The position numbers were made by a program, and so were the translations under genes. Under the pieces are notes generated by a model. It searched no databases and had not been told where the DNA came from. It was given only the letters and a program-made list of their open reading frames with translations. Positions 18,501 to 29,397 of a stretch of DNA of 64,000 bases are shown here, piece by piece (the first letter of the stretch is position 1; each line of letters starts with the position of its first letter). Origin of the DNA: Bacilli bacterium. Its GTDB lineage: Bacteria > Bacillota_I > Bacilli_A > RFN20 > UBA1709. The stretch lies in assembly GCA_050949315.1 (NCBI GenBank), contig JBMNFL010000001.1, forward strand, positions 672,001-736,000, read 5' to 3'.

Positions 18501-19829
18501 TTAAATAGCTAAGGTCCCCATTGGGTCCCATGGTTTTAAAACAATAGGTTTTTGTTCGACGGCTTTTTGTTGAGCTTCGGTTAGATATTTTTTATTGATA
18601 ACAGCTTGATAAACATATTTATCAAACCAACTATCTGTCATAACAAAATACCCTTTACTGCCAGCTTCTTCGCCCCAAGAATTTTCAATCTTCCAGCGAT
18701 TGGGCTTGCCCCTTACTAGATTTACCCCAGTAATAACCATGGCGTGATTCATTGCACTTTCGCGATAATTTAAAGAGCAGGCTTTACACATTTCTAAGTC
18801 CATCTCTAAAACTTCGTCATAACTAAAAGCTTCGTCATCCCAAATACCATTACTGCGATCTCCAGCTTTACCACAGTCACTGCCAAACCAAACCGGTTCT
18901 TGGGCCTTTAATTGTTTCAAAACCGCTTCTTTGAACTCCTCCATCTCTAAATTGAGATAATGAATTGGTTTTCCCCCAACAACATTGCCTAAATACTGAA
19001 TGGTATAAGTTTTATTGAAAGGTTTATCTTCAGTCGGTGCATTGATGATGCTTATATAATCATCCAAATCTAACCCAACATACTTTTCATAAAAACTATG
19101 GGGAGTAAGATTTTCCTCACAATGATAGTTTTGATCCTTATCAACATATTCAAACTTAAAGCTTTCGGGTATACGGCCAAAACAAGAATTGAGTAAGAAA
19201 TAAATTTCTTTTAATGCTTTATCCTTTTCACGCATCAACTCTTCTTTTTGACCGGCTTTATAAAGTTTTTGAGCTCTAGCCGTAAATTTACGCAAACGCC
19301 TACTAATAATTTGATTCATCGTGGCCGTATTTGATGATTGGAAAGTTTCAGGCATCGCATCTTTTGGCATAAGCCCATATTTCTGGACGATGTTAACAAA
19401 CATATCCCACTGCCCACCATCCTGAATTGGACGAGAAGTTAAATGAGCGAAAACACGATCATCATAATCGCGATCAATCAACTCCATAATTGTTTCAAGA
19501 TAATAATTGGCTTTTTCAAACTTGTCCCAAAAAGCAATATAATTTTGGGAAAACTCAAAATTTTCTAATTGTAATTTCTTAGCCACAATTTCCCGCAAGA
19601 CATTACAACCCGCGAAAATCCAACAACGCCCTGTAGATTTCTGTGCTGTTGCTTTTAAAGTTTTAATATCAATGGAGAACTTCATAGTACTCTTTTGACA
19701 AGTTTCCATATTATTTGCAATATTCGCTAAAGAGTTGCGATTTAAGGCTCTCCTTAAAACCAATTGTGTTTTGCTTTTATCATAAGCTTTTTGCGTTTTT
19801 TTAATCTCTTCTTTACTAATTACCCGCAT
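18501..19829 (-). CDS. pepC: Aminopeptidase C (bleomycin hydrolase family, C1B)
   Basis: QKSTGRCWIFA, DGGQW, NHAMVITG, ENSWG, PWDPMGTLA; start moved to ATG 19829 after AGGAGG. Confidence 0.95.
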   Translation of the reverse strand: MRVISKEEIKKTQKAYDKSKTQLVLRRALNRNSLANIANNMETCQKSTMKFSIDIKTLKATAQKSTGRCWIFAGCNVLREIVAKKLQLENFEFSQNYIAFWDKFEKANYYLETIMELIDRDYDDRVFAHLTSRPIQDGGQWDMFVNIVQKYGLMPKDAMPETFQSSNTATMNQIISRRLRKFTARAQKLYKAGQKEELMREKDKALKEIYFLLNSCFGRIPESFKFEYVDKDQNYHCEENLTPHSFYEKYVGLDLDDYISIINAPTEDKPFNKTYTIQYLGNVVGGKPIHYLNLEMEEFKEAVLKQLKAQEPVWFGSDCGKAGDRSNGIWDDEAFSYDEVLEMDLEMCKACSLNYRESAMNHAMVITGVNLVRGKPNRWKIENSWGEEAGSKGYFVMTDSWFDKYVYQAVINKKYLTEAQQKAVEQKPIVLKPWDPMGTLAI

Positions 19830-19958
19830 ATTAAAAATCCTCCTTTTTAGTAATCGTCCTTGCAAAATTATTAAACGATACCAAAAGCATTATAAATGCT
19901 TTTTTATTAAAACTTAAGCAATATACTCGTTTTCTGGCTTGTAATCGCTTACAAGATT

Positions 19959-20603
19959 TTATTTGTCAATAACTTCGTTTATTTGACTAACTTTATCAAT
20001 AATGTGCTTCACTGGAAAAATCTCTAATTCATCTCGGTGGCGGAAACCCCAAGTAACTAAACAACCTTGTAGATTATTTTGTAACAAAGAACGAGCATCA
20101 ATATCCGTATCACCAAAATAAAAGAATTCTTCTTTTGAGGCCTTTGTTTTCTCCAAAATATATTCGAACATAGAATAATCTGGCTTAGCTGCTATGCCTT
20201 TTTTCTGTCCGATATAAGCATCAAAAATTCCTGGAAAATGGGCGGCAACTAGCTCCTCACCAATTTCGTGCTTTTTATTAGTGATAACCGCTAATTTGTA
20301 CCCTTTTTCCTTAAGCTTTTTCAATTCATCAACCATGCCATCAAAGGGTTTGCTTAAAATGTTGGCATGCTGAGAATAATAAGTTAAAAAATAATCCATC
20401 ATAACTTGAACTTCGGCTTTGCTGACTTTGGGAGCAGCTCGTTCTACCAATTTAAAAGTGCCCGCTCCAATAAAAACGCGAACCTCTTCTTTGCTTAATC
20501 TTTTCAAATTAAAATGATCCATTGTTTTATTAACGGCATTAACTAAATCATCAAGGGAGTCTAGAATTGTTCCATCTAAATCAAAACCAATAACTTTGTA
20601 CAT
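19959..20603 (-). CDS. HAD family hydrolase (phosphoglycolate phosphatase-like)
   Basis: FDLDGTILDS, ITNK, KPD, GDTDID, VTWGFR. Confidence 0.88.
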   Translation of the reverse strand: MYKVIGFDLDGTILDSLDDLVNAVNKTMDHFNLKRLSKEEVRVFIGAGTFKLVERAAPKVSKAEVQVMMDYFLTYYSQHANILSKPFDGMVDELKKLKEKGYKLAVITNKKHEIGEELVAAHFPGIFDAYIGQKKGIAAKPDYSMFEYILEKTKASKEEFFYFGDTDIDARSLLQNNLQGCLVTWGFRHRDELEIFPVKHIIDKVSQINEVIDK

Positions 20604-20606
20604 AAT

Positions 20607-21068
20607 TTAATATCTCTCTTTACTATATTGTCTTATACTCTTCTCAATTGCTTTCTTTTTCTCATCTTCGCGCTTGTCATACTTGTGTTTACCTTTAGCC
20701 ACCGCAATCTCAACTTTGGCACGTCCCTTAGTTAAATATACTTTGGTGGGAATAAGAGTATAACCAGCTTCTTGAACTTTTTGTTTCATCTTCAAAATTT
20801 CTTTTTTATGAAGCAACAATTTTCTTGTGCGCGCTGGCTCATGATTGAAAAGATTGCCTTTACTATATTCAGCAATGTTCATATTTAAAATATACGCTTC
20901 ATCATTTTTAATAATAACATAGGCGTCCTTAATATTGACCGCATGTTCACGCAAAGCTTTAATTTCGGTTCCAAGCAAAACAAGGCCCGCCTCGTAGCGT
21001 TCCTCCAAAAAATAATCAAAACGCGCTTTCCGGTTTTCAGAAACGACTTTAATCTTTGCCTGTTCCAT
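20607..21068 (-). CDS. smpB: SsrA-binding protein
   Basis: NRKARFDY, GTEIKA, RTRKLLLHKKE, GKHKYDKR. Confidence 0.97.
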   Translation of the reverse strand: MEQAKIKVVSENRKARFDYFLEERYEAGLVLLGTEIKALREHAVNIKDAYVIIKNDEAYILNMNIAEYSKGNLFNHEPARTRKLLLHKKEILKMKQKVQEAGYTLIPTKVYLTKGRAKVEIAVAKGKHKYDKREDEKKKAIEKSIRQYSKERY

Positions 21069-21075
21069 AATTAAA

Positions 21076-23136
21076 CTATATTCTTTCTACTAACAAAAAA
21101 TCAATCTTTCTTAGTTCTTTACTTGCAGATTTGACCTCAACTTTTACTTTATCGCCCAATTTATAAATTTTTTGGCTTCCTTCACCAATAGCGATCATCC
21201 TTTTTTCATCAAAAATATAATAATCATCCATTAAATCTGAAAACTTAACTAAACCTTCAATAGTGTTGGGAAGTTGAACAAAGAAACCACTATTAATCAT
21301 CCCAGAAATTCTACCCTCATATAATTGACCGATTTTATCTTCCATATATTCGGCTTTCTTTAAATCATCAACTTGTCTTTCTAATTCAATGGCACGACGT
21401 TCACAAAGGGAGGCCATTGAACACTCAAACTCTAAATCTTTTTCTAAATTCTTTGTTCTAGAAGGCTTTCTTTCAGAATATTGCTTGAGCAAACGATGAA
21501 CCATTAAATCCGGATATCTTCTAATTGGGGCCGTGAAATGCGTATAACAAGAACTCGCTAAACCAAAGTGCCCAATATTTTCTGTTTGGTAAACGGCTTT
21601 AGCTAAACTTCTTAAAAGCAAGCTAGAAACGACATTGTGAATATCATCATCTTTAGTTCTTGTTAACAAGGCTTGTAATTCTAAAGGATGTATGCCTTTT
21701 TTACTCAATTTTATGTTATAACCACGTGCCTCAATTAAACGACAAAACTCATTGAGTTTGGCAAGTTTAGGTTTATCATGCACCCGATAAACAAAGGGAA
21801 GACTTTGCCAATAAATATGATTGGCCACGGTTTCATTGGCAGCAACCATGAAATCTTCAATAAGCTTTTCACCTTCGTCTTGAACACGTAAAAAAACATC
21901 AACAGGGAAACCTGTCTCACCAACAACAATTTTCGCCTCACCAATATCTAAATCTAAAGTTCCTCTTTTTTCTTTCATTTTTCGCAAAATATGCGACAAC
22001 TCTAAACCTTCGTTGAGCATTTGGGCTAAATCTGGTTCAAATTCGTGTTTCCCTTTATAAAAGGCATTAACTTCCGTATAATTCAAACGCTGGGAGGATT
22101 TAATATAAGAATCATAAATTTCATAATCTACTACCTCGCCCTCGTCATTAATTGTCATTTCACAGGACTTTGTTAAACGAAGTACCCCTGGATTTAAAGA
22201 ACAGATACCATTCGATAAGGCATGCGGGAGCATGGGGATAACATAATCTGTTAAATATATTGATGTCCCGCGCTTAAAAGCTTCGCGATCAATCAAACTG
22301 AATTTTGTAACATAATGTGAAACGTCGGCAATATGAACACCAAGATAGTAGGTTCCATCAGGGTTCTTATGACATTCGATAGCATCATCAAGATCTTTAG
22401 CATCTTCACCATCAATCGTAACAATCAATCGCTCGGTTAGATCAACCCGATCTTTTAACTCTTCATAACTAATTTCACTAGGGATATTTTGTTCTACTTC
22501 TTGTAAAACTTCCTCACTAAAACGCAAAGGAACATTGGCTTGATAGGCCAAAGATAGAATATCAACTTTTGGATCGTTTTTATGCCCTAAAATTGTTGTT
22601 ACTTCACCAATAATCCTCGGTAAACGCCTACTAATTTTAACTACTACCCTATGACCCTCTTGGGCATTTTTCATTTTCTTACTATCTAAATCAATAAGCG
22701 GAAAAGAACTTTCTAAAGGGTGAAGATAAGGACTGTGGCGTCCAAACATAACTTCACCGACAATATTGCCATCATAGGCTTTGACAATTTTGTAAACATG
22801 AGCATTAGTGCCCTTACGGGAAATTAAAACACGATCTTGATAAATAGCACCCATGGAATTTTCTTCAGCAATGTTGTAAGTTTTCTTTTCTTCATCTTTG
22901 CCCACTTGAGCAATTAAGCCTTTAGAGGTGGCTTTAATTATGGTCGCCAACTCATAACCATAGGCCTCAGATAAGGCAATCTTGCCGTTTTTAGTTAAAA
23001 AAACTAAGCCTTCTTCTTCCATGGCTTTAACTTCTTTCTCAAGTCCGCGCTTGATTCCAAGCTTTTCTTTAAGTTCCTCAAGCGTTAAAGGTTGTCGACG
23101 TATCTCTTTAAGCAAATTTAAAATTTTTTCTCTCAT
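21076..23136 (-). CDS. rnr: Ribonuclease R
   Basis: TIDGEDAKDLDDA, HIADVSHYV, HFTAPIRRYPDL, C-terminal S1 domain; secG-rnr-smpB synteny. Confidence 0.95.
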   Translation of the reverse strand: MREKILNLLKEIRRQPLTLEELKEKLGIKRGLEKEVKAMEEEGLVFLTKNGKIALSEAYGYELATIIKATSKGLIAQVGKDEEKKTYNIAEENSMGAIYQDRVLISRKGTNAHVYKIVKAYDGNIVGEVMFGRHSPYLHPLESSFPLIDLDSKKMKNAQEGHRVVVKISRRLPRIIGEVTTILGHKNDPKVDILSLAYQANVPLRFSEEVLQEVEQNIPSEISYEELKDRVDLTERLIVTIDGEDAKDLDDAIECHKNPDGTYYLGVHIADVSHYVTKFSLIDREAFKRGTSIYLTDYVIPMLPHALSNGICSLNPGVLRLTKSCEMTINDEGEVVDYEIYDSYIKSSQRLNYTEVNAFYKGKHEFEPDLAQMLNEGLELSHILRKMKEKRGTLDLDIGEAKIVVGETGFPVDVFLRVQDEGEKLIEDFMVAANETVANHIYWQSLPFVYRVHDKPKLAKLNEFCRLIEARGYNIKLSKKGIHPLELQALLTRTKDDDIHNVVSSLLLRSLAKAVYQTENIGHFGLASSCYTHFTAPIRRYPDLMVHRLLKQYSERKPSRTKNLEKDLEFECSMASLCERRAIELERQVDDLKKAEYMEDKIGQLYEGRISGMINSGFFVQLPNTIEGLVKFSDLMDDYYIFDEKRMIAIGEGSQKIYKLGDKVKVEVKSASKELRKIDFLLVERI

Positions 23137-23186
23137 CGTTCATACTCCTTTAAAAAAAGATAGAGGGTTTTAGTTTACCCTCAGTC

Positions 23187-23420
23187 TTATAATAATACGC
23201 GAACAGCTACTGCCATAAAAAAGAACAAGCCTGCCAGAACAAACGTTATTCTGGTTAAAGCTTTTTCAGTACCTCGTTCTTTCATCGTGGCAAACGAGTG
23301 AGCGTTACTCAAACCACCCATGATTGAAGAAGAAGCCCCTTCGCCTTTTCCGCCTTGAATTAAGGTTATAATAATGATAAGTACGGCAATTACCAGAAAG
23401 ATCCAATCAAGAAAATGCAT
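23187..23420 (-). CDS. secG: Preprotein translocase subunit SecG
   Basis: Two TMs with QGGKGEG loop and RGTEKALTRIT; synteny. Confidence 0.9.
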   Translation of the reverse strand: MHFLDWIFLVIAVLIIIITLIQGGKGEGASSSIMGGLSNAHSFATMKERGTEKALTRITFVLAGLFFFMAVAVRVLL

Positions 23421-23496
23421 AAATTTCCTCCTTCATCATAAAAATTCTACGTATTTCATTTTACACACAAATAGTTAAACACGCAAGTTCTTTAAA

Positions 23497-25488
23497 TTAA
23501 AATGGGCTCATTTCCGCTTTGATTTCTAAAATTGCATCTCTTAATTCGGCGGCCTTTTCAAAATCTAGTTCTCTAGCAGCCTGACGCATTTCTTTTTCTA
23601 GATTCTTGAGTAATTTATTGGTTGCCGTGCGACTTAAAGGCTTCCCGTCCTTTAGATATTTTTCAAGCCCAGTTACCTCTTCAGTCAAATGAATTGGCTC
23701 TTTGATTTCTTTATGAACGGTTTTAGGAATAATATTATGGGTTTTATTATAGTTTTCTTGGATTTTTCTTCGTCTCTCTGTTTCGTCAACTGCTTTTTTC
23801 ATTGAATCAGTGATTTTGTCAGCATACATAATAACCTTGCCATGTTCATTACGGGCCGCTCTCCCAATAATTTGAATCAGTGATCTTTCGCTACGCAAAA
23901 AACCCTCTTTATCGGCATCAAGAATAAGAATCAGAGAAACTTCAGGAATATCTAAGCCTTCTCTTAATAGATTAATGCCTACCAAAACATCATATTTGCC
24001 CTTTCTTAATTCGTAGATGATTTCAGTTCGTTGTAGGGTCTTTGTTTCGTTATGAAGATAGGCTACTTTTAAATTTTGCTGTTTCAAAAAGGTTGTTAAT
24101 TCTTCAGCCATCCTAATAGTTAAAGTAGTAATTAAAGTTCTTTCATTAGCCTTTATTCTTTCTTTAATTTCTTGAATAATATCGTTAATCTGGCCCATTG
24201 TTGGCCTTATTTCTACTACTGGATCTAATAAACCTGTTGGCCTAATAATCTGTTCAACTACTTCGTTACCAACCTTTTCCATCTCATAATCACCAGGGGT
24301 GGCTGAGGTAAAAATCACATTAGAAATGCGTTTTTCAAATTCTGCAAATTTTAAAGGACGATTATCAAGGGCGCTAGGTAAACGAAAACCATATTTAACT
24401 AGTGTTTCTTTACGAGAACGATCTCCATTATACATTCCTCTAATCTGTGGCAAAGAAACATGTGATTCATCAACAATCACTAGATAATTCCGCTCTTTAA
24501 AATAGTCCATAATGGTAAACGGAGCTTCGCCTTTTTTACGTTTATCAATATGTCGAGAATAGTTCTCAATTCCAGGACAAATTCCATATTCTTCAATTTG
24601 TTCAACATCACGGCGCGTTCGTTGATCTAAACGTTCTGCCTCTAATAATTTCCCAGCATCCTTAAATTTTTGAACTTCTATAACAAGTTCTTCTAAAATT
24701 GTTTGAACCGCCTCATTTAAACGTTTTTGACTAGAGGCATGAGATTCCGCTGGATAAATCGGGATATATTGATAAGTTCTTTGGGTTGTCCCTGCTAAAG
24801 GATCAACTTCACTTATCCGTTCAACCACATCTGCAAAGAGTTCAACTCTAATAAACACTCGATCGGTATATGGCGGGGCGATTTCTAAAACATCGCCACG
24901 AACACGAAAACTCCCTGGCACTAAATCAAGCATCGTTCGTTTATATTGAGCATTAATCAACAACCTGACGATGTCTCTACGATTAATGCTTTCCCCCACT
25001 CGTAAAGAAAAAAGTAAACTTGAATATTCTTCCGGATCATTTAAAGCATAAATTGCGGCAACAGAAGCAACAATAATAGTATCGCCGCGGGTCAAAGCTG
25101 AGTTGATGGCCGCATTGCGCATCATTTCAATTTCCATATTCATATCAGCACTTTTTTCAATATATGTGTCGCTTTTGGGAATATAAGCTTCAGGTTGATA
25201 AAAATCAAAGTTTGAGATGAAGTATTCTACACGATTTTCAGGGAAAAAACTTTTTAACTCACTATAAAGTTGACCAGCTAAAGTCTTATTGTGAACCATA
25301 ACTAAAGTTGGTCTTTGAATTTGGGCGATTACATTAGCAATTGTGTAGGTTTTCCCCGTTCCTGTTGCCCCTAGTAAAACCTGATATCTTTTGTTAGCAC
25401 GTAGCCCCTCTACCAACGTTTTAATGGCCTCAGGCTGATCGCCAGTTGGCTGAAAAGGAGAAACTAATTTAAAAGGGCGTTCTTCCAT
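23497..25488 (-). CDS. uvrB: Excinuclease ABC subunit B
   Basis: PTGDQP, GATGTGKT, HNKTLAGQL, DESH, GINLLREGLD, C-terminal UVR coil. Confidence 0.97.
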   Translation of the reverse strand: MEERPFKLVSPFQPTGDQPEAIKTLVEGLRANKRYQVLLGATGTGKTYTIANVIAQIQRPTLVMVHNKTLAGQLYSELKSFFPENRVEYFISNFDFYQPEAYIPKSDTYIEKSADMNMEIEMMRNAAINSALTRGDTIIVASVAAIYALNDPEEYSSLLFSLRVGESINRRDIVRLLINAQYKRTMLDLVPGSFRVRGDVLEIAPPYTDRVFIRVELFADVVERISEVDPLAGTTQRTYQYIPIYPAESHASSQKRLNEAVQTILEELVIEVQKFKDAGKLLEAERLDQRTRRDVEQIEEYGICPGIENYSRHIDKRKKGEAPFTIMDYFKERNYLVIVDESHVSLPQIRGMYNGDRSRKETLVKYGFRLPSALDNRPLKFAEFEKRISNVIFTSATPGDYEMEKVGNEVVEQIIRPTGLLDPVVEIRPTMGQINDIIQEIKERIKANERTLITTLTIRMAEELTTFLKQQNLKVAYLHNETKTLQRTEIIYELRKGKYDVLVGINLLREGLDIPEVSLILILDADKEGFLRSERSLIQIIGRAARNEHGKVIMYADKITDSMKKAVDETERRRKIQENYNKTHNIIPKTVHKEIKEPIHLTEEVTGLEKYLKDGKPLSRTATNKLLKNLEKEMRQAARELDFEKAAELRDAILEIKAEMSPF

Positions 25489-25490
25489 GA

Positions 25491-26595
25491 TTAAACCACC
25501 TTCGTTTTAAGATAAGCATAGATAAATTGATCTATATCGCCATCCATAACCGACTCAGTATCCGCACTTTCATAATTAGAACGATGATCTTTGACTAAAC
25601 AATAGGGACAAAAAACATAAGAGCGAATTTGCGAACCCCACTCAATAGCTTTCTGCTCTCCCCGTAAACTATCTAATTGTCGTTCTTTTTCTTCTAATTG
25701 CTTTTGATATAATTTCGACTTCAATGTTAACATAGCCTTTTCGCGATTTTGCATTTGTGACCGCTGCGATTGGCAACAGACCACAATGCCCGTAGGAAGA
25801 TGGGTGATCCTTACGGCGGAATCGGTTTTATTGACATGTTGTCCTCCGGCACCACTCGCACGATAAGTGTCTATTCTAAGATCGGCTTCATCAACAACAA
25901 CTTCGCTATCTTCGTTAAAAACTGGGATAACTTCGACCGATGAAAAAGAAGTATGACGCCGACCTGAAGCATCAAAAGGCGAGATACGCACCAGTCGGTG
26001 AACACCTTGCTCGGCTTTTAAATAACCATAAGCGTTAGGCCCATGAACAATAAAGGTCACACTTTTAATTCCCGCTTCATCGCCCGCTTGATAATCCAAT
26101 ATTTCAACTTTATAATCTTTACTTTCGCTATAACGAACATACATTCTTAATAACATTTCCGCCCAATCTTGGCTTTCCGTTCCCCCAGCTCCTGGGTGAA
26201 TTTCTACTAGGGCATCGTTATAATCATAGTCCTGATTAAGAAGAATTAACATTTCAAAAGTCTCAACTTTTTTAGATACTTTTTTAAAATCCTTCTCAAG
26301 TAATTCATGCATTTCTTCACTATACTCTTCTTTAAGAAGTTTTAATTCATCAAGAAAATTATTAGTCAAAACAACTAACTCCTGATAACCATTAATTGTA
26401 TTCTTTAAAGTGTTGATTTGTTTGATGGTTTTTTGAGCCTGATTCTTGTCTTGCCAAAAGTCGGGCTCTATAGTTTTAGCTTCTAATTTTTTTACCTGTT
26501 CTTCTTTGCTAGGCAGGTCAAAGAGAGTCACCCAATTCTTTCAATTTAGTCCTAAAGGACTCGGCTTGTAAATTCATTTCATATATTTCTAACAT
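25491..26595 (-). CDS. prfB: Peptide chain release factor 2 (programmed +1 frameshift)
   Basis: SPF and GGQ motifs; true start ATG 26595 (MLEIYEMNLQAESFRTKLKELGDSL), then CTT TGA C slips into DLPSKEE. Confidence 0.95.
26517..26533 (-). other. RF2 autoregulatory +1 frameshift site
   Basis: GGGTGACTCT CTT TGA C on the minus strand: SD-like element, slippery CTT and in-frame UGA after codon 25. Confidence 0.92.
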
Positions 26596-26616
26596 TGATT
26601 CCACCCACCCTATAAA

Positions 26617-28977
26617 TTAGTTTTTGGCCGCTTGAGGATTGACGCGCACTACTGCGTGTAAACAATAGAAAACCGTTTCATCAGCAATACGTTGAACCAT
26701 ATCTTGGAACATTTGGTAACCCTCATTCACGTAACTTTGGAGAGGGTTAGTGTTGGCATAAGCTCTTAATCCAATTCCATCCCGAAGTTTAGCCATTCTA
26801 TCAATATGGTCTGTCCAATTCTTATCAATGGTCCTGAGTAAAATTTGTTTTTCAACCTCTCTAAAAATTTCTTCGCCCCACTCTTCTTTTCGTTTCATGA
26901 AGGTATTTAAAAGAAGATCTCTTGTTTCATCAATGACATCATAAATATCAAAGGTTTTGATATCGCTTTCCTTTAAACTTCCTGCTGGCAACATCTGTTC
27001 GGTTAAAATAGTAACTAATTTTGCCTTATCAACCTTGTTTTCTTTATCTTCAATATAAATGGCTTTATTTACTAGGCCTTCAGCCACCTTATCAAAAAGA
27101 TCAACTAAACTATCATGAACATCATCTTTAAAGATAACCTCATCGCGTTGCTTATAGATGATTTCTCTTTGTTGTCTCAAAACATCGTCATAACCAAGTA
27201 AATTCTTTCTAACATCATAGTTAGCACCTTCAACTCGAGTTTGAGCTGAAGTGATAATCTTGGTAATCATGCGAGATTCAAGAGCATCTTCACCCAAGGC
27301 TCTAAATAACCCGGCTGTCCGGCCACCAAAACGCAACATCAAATCGTCTTCCAAGGAGACATAAAAACGAGAATAACCGGGGTCGCCTTGACGACCACTA
27401 CGACCTCTCAATTGGTTATCAATACGCCGTGCCTCATGTCTTTCGCTACCGATGACCGCTAAACCACCTAATTCTTTAACGCCAGGTCCCAACTTAATAT
27501 CTGTTCCACGTCCAGCCATGTTGGTCGCCAAAGTAATGGCGCCTTTTTCACCGGCATGTTTAATAATTTCGGCTTCCCGTTCGTGATTCTTGGCGTTTAA
27601 AACTTCGTGTCTTAGACCAGCTCTTTTTAAGAGTTTTGAAATATATTCACTGGTCTCTACCGCAATTGTACCAATTAAAATCGGTTGTCCGGCCTCATGT
27701 CTTTCTTTTATTTCTTCAATCATGGCCTTGTATTTATACTCTTTTTTGGCATAAACCAAATCAGGAGCATCAATCCGCTTGATAGGACGATTGGTGGGAA
27801 TCTCAACAACCCGCATATTATAGGTCTCCAAAAATTCCTCTTCTTCTGTTTTGGCTGTACCAGTCATTCCGCCTATTTTTTCATAAAGACGGAAGAAGTT
27901 CTGATAGGTGATTGTCGCTAAAACGCTGGTTTCTTCATTGATTTTTACACCCTCTTTAGCTTCTATTGCCTGATGGAGACCATCAGAATAAGTCCGCCCT
28001 TTTAATTGTCTTCCCGTGAATTGATCAACAATAACAATTTCGCCTTCTTGAACCATGTAGTCTACATCTCGACCCATAATATAATTGGCTTTTAAAGCAT
28101 TATGGATATGGTGAACTAGGGCTGTGTGTTCCAAAGCATATAAATTATCAATTCTAAACATTGACTCGGCGAATTTAATTCCGTCCGCCGTTAAGTTAAT
28201 TGTTTTAGTTTCTAGATCAATATTGTAATGCTTTTCTTCTTGAACAGCTTTAGCAAAACGATCCGCTAACCTATAAAGATTGGCGGTTTTCTTTTTGCCC
28301 CCCGAGATAATAAGCGGTGTCCGTGATTCATCGATTAAAATAGAGTCGGCTTCATCAATGATGCACATCTTTAAGCCACGCAAAACACGATTAAATTTGG
28401 AAACCGCCATATTATCGCGGAGATAATCAAATCCCAATTCGGAGTTTGTTGTGTATGTTATATCGCATTGATAAACCGCCCTTTTTTCTTGAGCGTTTAA
28501 CTCTCGATAATTGCAACCGACTGTCAAACCCAAAAAGCGATAAATTGCTCCCATCCACTCCGAGTCTCTTTTTGCTAAGTATTCGTTGACAGTAACAACA
28601 TGAACACCTTCGCCTGAAAGGGCATTTAAATAGATGCACATGGTGGCCGTTAAAGTTTTTCCTTCTCCCGTTTTCATTTCAGCAACATCCCCCCGATGCA
28701 GGGCAATGGCTCCGATTACCTGAACGTGATACGGAAATTCACCAAGAACTCTTTTAGCCGCCTCTCTTGCTACCGCAAAAGCCTCAGGCAAAATATCGTC
28801 TAAGGTTTTTCCATCGGCAAGGAGTTGTCTAAAATAAGGCGTTTTAGCTTTCAACTCTTCATCTGAAAGAGCCGCCATTTCTTCTTTATACGCCTCGACT
28901 TCATTGGCCTTTTTATCTAAGGCTTTTAGTTGTTTTTGATCAACCCGAAATAATCTATCTAAAAATTTGGCAGCCAT
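26617..28977 (-). CDS. secA: Protein translocase subunit SecA
   Basis: MKTGEGKT, DEADSILIDE, TNMAGRGTDI, RRIDNQLRGRSGRQGDPG. Confidence 0.97.
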   Translation of the reverse strand: MAAKFLDRLFRVDQKQLKALDKKANEVEAYKEEMAALSDEELKAKTPYFRQLLADGKTLDDILPEAFAVAREAAKRVLGEFPYHVQVIGAIALHRGDVAEMKTGEGKTLTATMCIYLNALSGEGVHVVTVNEYLAKRDSEWMGAIYRFLGLTVGCNYRELNAQEKRAVYQCDITYTTNSELGFDYLRDNMAVSKFNRVLRGLKMCIIDEADSILIDESRTPLIISGGKKKTANLYRLADRFAKAVQEEKHYNIDLETKTINLTADGIKFAESMFRIDNLYALEHTALVHHIHNALKANYIMGRDVDYMVQEGEIVIVDQFTGRQLKGRTYSDGLHQAIEAKEGVKINEETSVLATITYQNFFRLYEKIGGMTGTAKTEEEEFLETYNMRVVEIPTNRPIKRIDAPDLVYAKKEYKYKAMIEEIKERHEAGQPILIGTIAVETSEYISKLLKRAGLRHEVLNAKNHEREAEIIKHAGEKGAITLATNMAGRGTDIKLGPGVKELGGLAVIGSERHEARRIDNQLRGRSGRQGDPGYSRFYVSLEDDLMLRFGGRTAGLFRALGEDALESRMITKIITSAQTRVEGANYDVRKNLLGYDDVLRQQREIIYKQRDEVIFKDDVHDSLVDLFDKVAEGLVNKAIYIEDKENKVDKAKLVTILTEQMLPAGSLKESDIKTFDIYDVIDETRDLLLNTFMKRKEEWGEEIFREVEKQILLRTIDKNWTDHIDRMAKLRDGIGLRAYANTNPLQSYVNEGYQMFQDMVQRIADETVFYCLHAVVRVNPQAAKN

Positions 28978-29085
28978 ATTTGGCCTCCTTTCAATTGCGA
29001 ATAGTTCAGTATATTATTGTAACATACATGGGAATAATTATAAATATAAAAGGCGGTAAAACTTATTCCGCCACTACTTATAAAA

Positions 29086-29310
29086 CTATAATTCCGAATT
29101 AACTTTCTTGAGCTTGACATTCATGGCTTGGGGTCCTCTCGCTGTTTCGACTAAATCGAATTCAACTTCTTGACCATCTTTTAAGGTTTTGTAGCCGTCC
29201 ACAAGAATTTCGCTGTAATGAACAAACACATCTTTCTTTGGATCATCGCTGGGATTAACAAAACCAAAGCCTTTTCCGGCATTAAACCATTTAACGTGCC
29301 CTTTAGACAT
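29086..29310 (-). CDS. Cold-shock protein
   Basis: [23 protein letters not shown]; ATG 29310 after AAAGGAG. Confidence 0.93.
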   Translation of the reverse strand: MSKGHVKWFNAGKGFGFVNPSDDPKKDVFVHYSEILVDGYKTLKDGQEVEFDLVETARGPQAMNVKLKKVNSEL

Positions 29311-29397
29311 CTTTTTCTCTCCTTTCATTTAAATTTGAATGAAGAGTATCATGATACCTCTCAAATAATGGGAATTCCTTTTTTGATTATACGCCTT

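Noticed and set aside
19830-20606. tmRNA (ssrA) downstream of smpB
   Set aside because: A HAD gene follows smpB after 3 nt, and the next gap (about 130 nt) is too short and lacks tRNA-like ends.
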